Origin: Bdellovibrionales bacterium
GTDB taxonomy: Bacteria; Bdellovibrionota; Bdellovibrionia; Bdellovibrionales; UBA1609
DNA: 64,000 nucleotides
Direction: 5' to 3'
Assembly (NCBI GenBank): GCA_965203095.1
Contig: OZ241877.1
Coordinates: forward strand, 896,001 to 960,000
Shown here: positions 57,518 to 64,000 of the stretch, piece after piece
Layout: each line of letters begins with the position of its first letter
How positions within the stretch are numbered: position 1 is the stretch's first letter
Made by a program: the position numbers and the translations under genes
Notes under the pieces: model-generated
The model's input: only the letters and a program-made list of their open reading frames with translations
What the model was told of the DNA's origin: nothing
The model's database searches: none

Positions 57518-58690
57518 ATGGATGTAAAAGAGTATCAAGCCAAAAAGTTTTTCCAACAGTATTCCATTCCTGTTTTGGATTCTCAAGTGATAGATACTGC
57601 TGAAAAGGCCATTCAAGCCACTCAAAAAATAGGCGGGAAAAGTTTTGTCTTAAAAGCTCAAGTTTTGGCTGGAGGCCGAGGTAAAGCCGGAGGGGTTTTA
57701 GTGGTTAAAACCCCGGAAGAAGTCCAGAAAGTGGCCAACAAACTCCTGCACAGCCATCTTGTGACGGCTCAAACTTCTAAAAAGGGAGAATGGGTATCCC
57801 ATGTTTTGATTGAAAAAGCGGTCTCCATTAAAAGGGAATGCTATTTGGCTCTTTTGTTGGATCCCTCCTCTTCTCAAGTGCTTTTTATGGCCTCTTTAGA
57901 GGGTGGGGTAGATATTGAGGAGCTGAGCACAAAAACTCCAGAAAAAATTTTAAAGCTCAAAATTCCTCCTCACATAGGCTTTTCCCTTTGGAATGCCTGG
58001 GAGATAGGGAAATTCTTAGGCTTTTCTAAAAAAGAAGATATTCAATTCCTTTTTAAAATGGGACAACAGCTTTATAAGCTCTTTATAGAAAAAGACGCGA
58101 GCTTAATTGAAATCAATCCCTTAGCTCAAACTCAAAAAGGAGATTGGATCGCCTTAGACGGGAAAATGAGCTTTGATGAAAACAGCTTTTACCGCCAAGC
58201 CGATCTAAAAAAAATTCACGAAGAGCAAAACCGGAACCAAAGCGAAGATCTGGCCCTCAAACATGGCTTATCTTTCATTCAGCTTGAAGGGGAAATTGGC
58301 TGTATGGTTAACGGGGCTGGGCTGGCTATGGCCACTATGGACATTATCCAACTGTATGGGGGGCGACCAGCCAATTTTTTAGATGTTGGAGGGGGGGCTG
58401 AAGAGGGAAAAGTCAAAAAAGCCTTTGAGATCATTTTGCAGGATAAAAATATCAAAAGTATTTTGGTTAACATTTTTGGCGGGATCATGAGGTGCGATGT
58501 GATTGCCTCAGCTCTGATAAAAGCTCTGGAAGAGGTAAATGTCTCTATCCCTTTAGTGATTCGTTTAGAGGGCACAAGGTCGAAAGAGGGGATGGAAAAG
58601 ATAAGCAAATCTTCTCTTCAACTGATTGTGGCAGAAGATTTGGATTCGGCCGCGAAAAAAGCGGTCCAACTTTCAAACACTGAGGGATAA
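57518..58690 (+). CDS. sucC: Succinyl-CoA synthetase beta subunit
   Basis: EYQAK, KAQVLAGGRGKAGGV, NGAGLAMATMD, ANFLDVGGGA. Confidence 0.98.
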   Translation: MDVKEYQAKKFFQQYSIPVLDSQVIDTAEKAIQATQKIGGKSFVLKAQVLAGGRGKAGGVLVVKTPEEVQKVANKLLHSHLVTAQTSKKGEWVSHVLIEKAVSIKRECYLALLLDPSSSQVLFMASLEGGVDIEELSTKTPEKILKLKIPPHIGFSLWNAWEIGKFLGFSKKEDIQFLFKMGQQLYKLFIEKDASLIEINPLAQTQKGDWIALDGKMSFDENSFYRQADLKKIHEEQNRNQSEDLALKHGLSFIQLEGEIGCMVNGAGLAMATMDIIQLYGGRPANFLDVGGGAEEGKVKKAFEIILQDKNIKSILVNIFGGIMRCDVIASALIKALEEVNVSIPLVIRLEGTRSKEGMEKISKSSLQLIVAEDLDSAAKKAVQLSNTEG

Positions 58691-58696
58691 AAAGTC

Positions 58697-59569
58697 ATGT
58701 CTATTTTAGTAGATAAAAACACAAGGTTAATCTGCCAAGGTTTTACAGGAAAGCACGGGACCTTCCATAGCGAACAGGCCTTACAATACGGCACAAATCT
58801 TGTGGGGGGTGTGACTCCGGGCAAAGGGGGAAGTGAGCATTTAGGAAAACCTGTGTTTAATACTGTTCGAGAAGCCCGGCGGGAGACAAAAGCCAATGCC
58901 TCTATGATTTATGTTCCAGCCCCTTTTGCGGCTCAAGCCATTATTGAGGCCATTGTTGAGGAAATAGAATTGGTGGTTTGCATTACAGAGGGCATTCCCA
59001 TTTTGGATATGGTCCGGGTGAAACAGATTCTTAAAGGGAGCCGGACCCGTTTGATTGGTCCTAACTGCCCTGGGGTGATCACTCCAGAGGATTGTAAAAT
59101 TGGCATTATGCCCGGCTATATTCATAAAAAAGGCAGTTTAGGAGTCCTGTCCCGCTCAGGAACTTTAACTTATGAAGCCGTTTGGCAAGCCACAAATTTA
59201 GGTTTGGGCCAAAGCTCTTGTGTGGGAATTGGGGGGGATCCTGTTAAAGGTTCGGATTTTGTGGATATTTTAAAGCTCTTCAAGGAGGATAGAGAAACTA
59301 AAGCTCTCGTTTTGATTGGTGAAATTGGAGGGGTTGCGGAAGAAGAAGCGGCAGAGTATATTCAACAAGAGTTTAAAAAACCGGTCTCGGCCTTTATTGC
59401 GGGGAGTTCTGCCCCTGTAGGGCGTCGCATGGGCCATGCCGGAGCTATTATTCAAAGAGGGCGAGGGGGAGCTGAAAGCAAAATAAAAGCCCTTAAAAGA
59501 GCCGGTTGCAATATAGCCAATAATCCGGCATGTTTAGCTCTTGCTGTTAAAGACATGCTGAAAAAATAA
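58697..59569 (+). CDS. sucD: Succinyl-CoA synthetase alpha subunit
   Basis: [26 protein letters not shown]. Confidence 0.98.
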   Translation: MSILVDKNTRLICQGFTGKHGTFHSEQALQYGTNLVGGVTPGKGGSEHLGKPVFNTVREARRETKANASMIYVPAPFAAQAIIEAIVEEIELVVCITEGIPILDMVRVKQILKGSRTRLIGPNCPGVITPEDCKIGIMPGYIHKKGSLGVLSRSGTLTYEAVWQATNLGLGQSSCVGIGGDPVKGSDFVDILKLFKEDRETKALVLIGEIGGVAEEEAAEYIQQEFKKPVSAFIAGSSAPVGRRMGHAGAIIQRGRGGAESKIKALKRAGCNIANNPACLALAVKDMLKK

Positions 59570-59578
59570 GGATCGGGT

Positions 59579-59995
59579 ATGGAATTGACTTTTGTTCTCA
59601 TAAAACCTAACGCTATGAAAAAACAAAAAGCGGGAGTCATCATAAACCGATTCCAAAAAGAGGGCCTGCAAGTCGCGGGACTAAAAATGCTAAAAATTCC
59701 TAAAAGCCTTTGTCAAAGTTTTTATCAAGAACATAAAGAGCAAGCTTTTTTTAAAGAATTGGTCCATTTCATAAGTTCAGAACCGGTGATTGTTTTGGCT
59801 CTCCGGGGAGAGGGGGCGATTTTAAAAGTGAGATCTCTTATGGGAGATACAGATCCTAAAAAAGCTTTGCCGGGGACCCTTCGCTACGAGTATGGGGACA
59901 GTATTGGGGAAAACGCCCTCCATGGCAGTGACTCGCTTAAGAGTGCGAAAAGGGAGCTGGCTTTGTTTTTTTCACCAGAAGAGCTTTTTAAATAA
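59579..59995 (+). CDS. ndk: Nucleoside diphosphate kinase
   Basis: TFVLIKP, PGTLR, NALHGSDS. Confidence 0.97.
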   Translation: MELTFVLIKPNAMKKQKAGVIINRFQKEGLQVAGLKMLKIPKSLCQSFYQEHKEQAFFKELVHFISSEPVIVLALRGEGAILKVRSLMGDTDPKKALPGTLRYEYGDSIGENALHGSDSLKSAKRELALFFSPEELFK

Positions 59996-60040
59996 AAATA
60001 TGTGGCTTAAAATTCTAAGAACCTCTATTTAAAAAACAAA

Positions 60041-60805
60041 ATGAAGATAAAAACTTTTTTATTTTTTTGCTTTTTTCTGACAGCTTGCCAAAACCAAGAA
60101 AAAAACATTCGTCAGGCCAGCGATCATCATAAAATTGCCCTGAGCCTTCTGAGCAAATGTGATAAACCCAGAGCTTTAGTCCATCTGCTTAAAGCCAAAA
60201 AGCTCCACCCTAAGGATTTTTTGATTCGTCACTCTTTAGGAGTTATTTATTACTCTATGGGCCAATACCACAAAGCCCTTGTAGAGCTAAAAAAGATTTT
60301 AAAAAGACAGCCAAAATTTACAGAAGCTCGAGTCAATATTGCCAGAATCTATATTGATTTGAATTTGCCAGATCAATCTCTTAAAGAAATTCGATTGGCG
60401 GAACAAGACATTACTTACACAAATTATCTTAAGATCATCAACCAAAAAGCTCTGGCTTATTACAACAAAGGAGATTATGCACATTCTAAAAAGTGGTTGG
60501 AAGAAGCTCTCTCAGTTTCTAAGGGAAAAAATTGTTTTGTGTATCTTCACTTAGGAAAAACGGAAACCGCTTTAGGAAATTTAAAACAAGCAGAACAGCT
60601 ATTAAAAACAGCCCTTTCAATATGCGGAAAAGAAAAGCCAAAATGCGAACCCCCAGAATATGAGGAGCAGTTGGCCTTAGCTCAGCTTTACATAAAAAAA
60701 GGGAATAAAAACAGAGCCAAATACCATTTAAACCTTTTTTTGTTAAAAAGTAAAAAAAGACAGAGGATTGAAAAAGCAAAAAAACTGTTAGAAAAAATCT
60801 CTTAA
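60041..60805 (+). CDS. TPR lipoprotein, PilF/PilW/Tgl-like
   Basis: Lipobox LTAC, TPR repeats, position between ndk and rodZ. Confidence 0.75.
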   Translation: MKIKTFLFFCFFLTACQNQEKNIRQASDHHKIALSLLSKCDKPRALVHLLKAKKLHPKDFLIRHSLGVIYYSMGQYHKALVELKKILKRQPKFTEARVNIARIYIDLNLPDQSLKEIRLAEQDITYTNYLKIINQKALAYYNKGDYAHSKKWLEEALSVSKGKNCFVYLHLGKTETALGNLKQAEQLLKTALSICGKEKPKCEPPEYEEQLALAQLYIKKGNKNRAKYHLNLFLLKSKKRQRIEKAKKLLEKIS

Positions 60806-60839
60806 TTATTCCTCAAAGCGAGTTTAAAAACACAGGATT

Positions 60840-61637
60840 ATGGATTATTCTAAAATAGGAAATCACTTAAAACTTATCAGAGAGCGTAAAGGCTTAAGTT
60901 ATGATCAGATTTTTGAAATTACCCGAATCCAGCCAACTATATTAAAAGAGATTGAGGAGGGATCTTCCAATATTTCTCCGGTTTTTTTAAAAGGTTTTAT
61001 AAAGTCTTACGCCCGATCGATGGGGCTTGATCCTGAAGAGCTTTTTCAACAATTAAAAAACAAAGAGGAGATTAAAGAAAAATCCATAGATAGAGAAACA
61101 AAGGCCCGTGCCTCTGGTTATAGATATAAAAAAATAATTTCTTTTAAAAATATAGTGTCTTTAGGAATTTTTTTAATCCTCCTTTCTTTCGTTCTTTGGC
61201 TGACATTTTCTTTCAAAAAGGAGTTGGCAAAAAAGGATATAACGACTTTAAAACCTCCCTCTTTAAAGAAAAAAGCCTCCGCCGATCCAGAATTGTCTTT
61301 TAAAAACAAACTGCCAGTAAGCTCTCTTCAAATTCCCACAGAAAATGACTTTCCTGCTCCTCCGGAAACTCTTTTTAACAAAATCAAAAACTCTGTTTTT
61401 AAACAAGATCTTTTGATCCAATCCCCTGAGCCTCTAAAAATTTATTTTAAGGCGGACGGAGGATCCATTGTGACAAAAACCCTTGAACCTTTTGTTTATT
61501 TTCACATTAAAGCTAAAAAAAGCATCTATCTTCGTTTTGATGAAAACCGCAACAATATTTTAATTTTTCATAATGGAAAAAAAACAGATACTGGCGGGAA
61601 AGCTTTTTTTGAACAGACTTTTCAAACGCTTTTATGA
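60840..61637 (+). CDS. rodZ: RodZ-like HTH membrane protein
   Basis: IG..LK..RE.KGLS...I...TRI...L..IEEG ... FLKGFIKSYA..GLD; single TM. Confidence 0.85.
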   Translation: MDYSKIGNHLKLIRERKGLSYDQIFEITRIQPTILKEIEEGSSNISPVFLKGFIKSYARSMGLDPEELFQQLKNKEEIKEKSIDRETKARASGYRYKKIISFKNIVSLGIFLILLSFVLWLTFSFKKELAKKDITTLKPPSLKKKASADPELSFKNKLPVSSLQIPTENDFPAPPETLFNKIKNSVFKQDLLIQSPEPLKIYFKADGGSIVTKTLEPFVYFHIKAKKSIYLRFDENRNNILIFHNGKKTDTGGKAFFEQTFQTLL

Positions 61638-62698
61638 AGCGAACAGCTCTTTTTGAATCCCACAAAGCCTTAAATGCTCGTTTTGTGCTTTTTGCGGGCT
61701 GGCAAATGCCTTTTTCTTACAACAGCCCTTCTTTAGAGCATATTAAAACAAGAAAATCCGGAGGGCTTTTTGATGTCTCTCACATGGGACAGATCCGGAT
61801 CCAGGGGCGAGACAGCCTTTCTTTTTTAGAAAAGTTATTGCCTTCTGATTTAAGGTCTTTACAGGAGGGCCAAGCCCTTTACTCTGCCCTTTGTAATAAA
61901 GCAGGAGGGCTTATAGATGATCTGATTCTCTATGCCTTTTCTAAAGAAAATTATCTTTTATGTGTAAATGCTGGCTCTAAGGATAAAGACCTCAGGTGGA
62001 TCCACTCTCATTTAGGAAAAGAAAAAGTCCATCTTCAGGACGAAAGTGACAACTGGGCCTTGATCGCTGTCCAGGGGCCACAGTCACTTGAGCTTTGCTC
62101 TGTGCTTTTTCCCACAATTTTTTTTAAGCAAATCCCTCGTTTTCATTTTGTGGAAAAATCCAATATTTTATTTTCCCGAACGGGATATACTGGAGAGGAT
62201 GGTTTTGAAATTTATATCCCTGTCCATCAGGCAACTCACTTTTGGGAAAATTTTTTAAAAGAGGGGGAGGCTTTTTCAATAGGTCCTGTGGGCTTAGGGG
62301 CCAGGGACACTTTGAGGCTGGAAATGAAATATTTACTTTCCGGCCAAGATTTTGATGAATCAAAAAGTCTTTTGCAGGCTGGGCTTTCTCGGCTGATGAA
62401 AAGCTCTGCAAATTATATTGGAAAAAAAGCCCTTTTAACACAAAAAGCTTCCGGAAACTACTTAGAGCTGAACGCTTTTGTTGTGGAAGAAGCTTTTGTT
62501 GTTCCCCGAAAAGATTTTAATGTTTATTCATCTGATGGAGAAATTATAGGTTTTGTCACCAGTGGGGCAAAATCTCCCTCTTTAGGCCAGATGATAGGTC
62601 TGGCTTATACAAAACAAGATGTAGCGAGTGCTTATTTGAAGTTTCGTGAAACTCAAGCCAAAATTCGCTTTGTTTCCGGCCCCTTTTTAAAAAAATAA
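61634..62698 (+). CDS. gcvT: Glycine cleavage system aminomethyltransferase T
   Basis: FAGWQMP, FDVSHMG, RTGYTGEDGFE, GLGARDTLRLE. Confidence 0.96.
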   Translation: MKRTALFESHKALNARFVLFAGWQMPFSYNSPSLEHIKTRKSGGLFDVSHMGQIRIQGRDSLSFLEKLLPSDLRSLQEGQALYSALCNKAGGLIDDLILYAFSKENYLLCVNAGSKDKDLRWIHSHLGKEKVHLQDESDNWALIAVQGPQSLELCSVLFPTIFFKQIPRFHFVEKSNILFSRTGYTGEDGFEIYIPVHQATHFWENFLKEGEAFSIGPVGLGARDTLRLEMKYLLSGQDFDESKSLLQAGLSRLMKSSANYIGKKALLTQKASGNYLELNAFVVEEAFVVPRKDFNVYSSDGEIIGFVTSGAKSPSLGQMIGLAYTKQDVASAYLKFRETQAKIRFVSGPFLKK

Positions 62699-62743
62699 TT
62701 GGCTTTTAATAGTGGCGTCTCTTTCTGGCAGATTGTAAATGAG

Positions 62744-63586
62744 TTAACTGTTCCAAAGGCGGTTTAAAAGATCTTTAAGTTCATCCGAATTTTTAAAGTA
62801 AAAACTCAGCTGGCCCTTCCCCTTTTGAGACAAATTCAGTCTCACTTTTTGAGGCCATAATCTTTCTAATCGGGATAGGGCTTTTTTAGCCCAAAAAGGG
62901 GGATCCGAAGATTTTCCCTCAGCTTTTCGGCTCAGTTTTTTAACTGTTAAGGATTTTTTAAGGCAGAGCTGGGCCATATCCCTTTGCTCTTTAGGATTTT
63001 TAAAACGCAAAATCTCTCTGGCTTGAGCAAAAGAGAGCTTGGCCTCCTCCACCAACCGCTGAACCTCTTTGTCTAAGGATAAAAGCCTCAAAGAATTGGC
63101 TACAGAGGAACGGGAACGACCTATTTTTTCCGATAGAGCCTCTTGACTCATCCCTTTCTGGCTCATTATTTGTTTAAAAGCTTTGGCCTCTTCTATGGGA
63201 TTCAAATCTTCTCTTTGAATATTCTCTACCAAAGTCCAAAGGGATTTTTGTTTGTTGTCCGGTGTTTTAACAATGACAGGAATTTTCCGAAGGCCCGCCA
63301 TACAGGCCGATCGCCAGCGTCTTTCTCCAGCAATGATCTGATAACCTTCCCCCTTTTTTTGAACTAAAATGGGTTGCAAAAGCCCCTGTTCCTTTATAGA
63401 GGCAGAAAGCTTTGCTAAGCTTTCTTTATTAAAAGATTTTCTGGGTTGGGATTTGTTAGGTTCAATTTTTTCAATATCTATAAGAAGGCTTTGATTCTCC
63501 ACTTGAGCCGGGCCTAATAGTGCAGAAAGCCCTCGGCCCAAACGGCTGTTTTTATTCTGAGGGTTTGTGGGATGATCTGACTTCAT
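62744..63586 (-). CDS. parB: Chromosome partitioning protein ParB
   Basis: LGRGLSALL, QPRK.F, IIAGERRWR, ENIQREDLNPIEEA, HTH. Confidence 0.97.
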   Translation of the reverse strand: MKSDHPTNPQNKNSRLGRGLSALLGPAQVENQSLLIDIEKIEPNKSQPRKSFNKESLAKLSASIKEQGLLQPILVQKKGEGYQIIAGERRWRSACMAGLRKIPVIVKTPDNKQKSLWTLVENIQREDLNPIEEAKAFKQIMSQKGMSQEALSEKIGRSRSSVANSLRLLSLDKEVQRLVEEAKLSFAQAREILRFKNPKEQRDMAQLCLKKSLTVKKLSRKAEGKSSDPPFWAKKALSRLERLWPQKVRLNLSQKGKGQLSFYFKNSDELKDLLNRLWNS

Positions 63587-63646
63587 AAAAACTCACTTTA
63601 GTTTTTTAATGACAGGTTTTTAAACAAAAGAGCCTTTTAATCTTTT

Positions 63647-64000
63647 TCATAAACCCGCTGTTTTTTCAAACTCCGCAGACAGCTCATAATAACTACGGGC
63701 CCCCGGAGAGCGTGGGTCGTATTGAAAAATAGACTGACCAAAACCAGGAGCTTCGCTCAATCGAACATTGCGGGGGACGATGGTTTGAAAAACTTTATCT
63801 TCAAAATGTTGCCGAACCTCTGTCTCAATTTGACGAGACAGGCAATTTCGAACATCAAACATGGTGAGCAAAATGCCTTGAAATTCCAAATCTGGATTTA
63901 AGTTGGCTCTAACCCTTTGAATGGTTTTGATGAGCTGGCTCAAGCCCTCTAAAGCATAGTATTCACACTGGAGAGGCACCACAAAACAATGAGAAGCCGT
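63647..64000 (-). CDS. parA: Chromosome partitioning ATPase ParA/Soj (3' part; runs off the window)
   Basis: VPLQCEYYALEGLSQL, LLTMFD.R, IVPRNVRLSEAPGFG. Confidence 0.95.
   Translation of the reverse strand, partial: TASHCFVVPLQCEYYALEGLSQLIKTIQRVRANLNPDLEFQGILLTMFDVRNCLSRQIETEVRQHFEDKVFQTIVPRNVRLSEAPGFGQSIFQYDPRSPGARSYYELSAEFEKTAGL

Noticed and set aside
62639..62654. parS-like palindrome GTTTCGTGAAAC near parB
   Set aside because: Two bases short of the TGTTTCACGTGAAACA consensus and inside gcvT
1..64000. CRISPR arrays, tRNA/rRNA genes, transposases, prophage genes
   Set aside because: No regularly spaced repeats, cloverleaf/T-loop signatures or mobile-element protein motifs were recognised by eye; tRNAscan and Rfam were not run

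Overview
AT-rich bacterial chromosomal window. The gene content (Agl/Glt-type gliding cluster, ndk-pilF-rodZ, LpoA-like lipoprotein, many Cys-rich secreted proteins) points to a Bdellovibrionota-like organism; this is an inference and no database search was run. From left to right: (1) a ~12.6 kb Agl-Glt gliding-motility-like operon (TolQ/ExbB, two ExbD/TolR, GltD/F/G/A/C-like proteins, a 982-aa lipoprotein and a VWA lipoprotein); (2) ybeY, a TlpA thioredoxin and sucA; (3) an accessory ~6 kb operon with three membrane desaturases, two Fe(II)/2OG AspH-like oxygenases, an SDR and an SdpA/HTTM-like membrane pair, followed by an ankyrin protein, a SpeE homolog with altered active-site motifs and an ATP-grasp ligase; (4) grpE-dnaJ-lpoA-lon, tatB, Na+-type hppA, rpsF-rplI-metK, an HU/IHF protein and ETF-QO; (5) an accessory locus with a 1130-aa HExxH protein, whose putative signal peptide lies out of frame across a T10 tract, and two tandem secreted paralogs resembling its C-terminal domain; (6) bioA with a BioE-like diiron protein, a VKOR-DsbA fusion, argS, sucCD, ndk, pilF, rodZ, gcvT, parB and a partial parA. 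I recognised no rRNA, tRNA, CRISPR array or transposase. The best candidates for undescribed systems are the desaturase/oxygenase operon (17782-23712) and the HExxH protein plus paralog locus (43823-48668).
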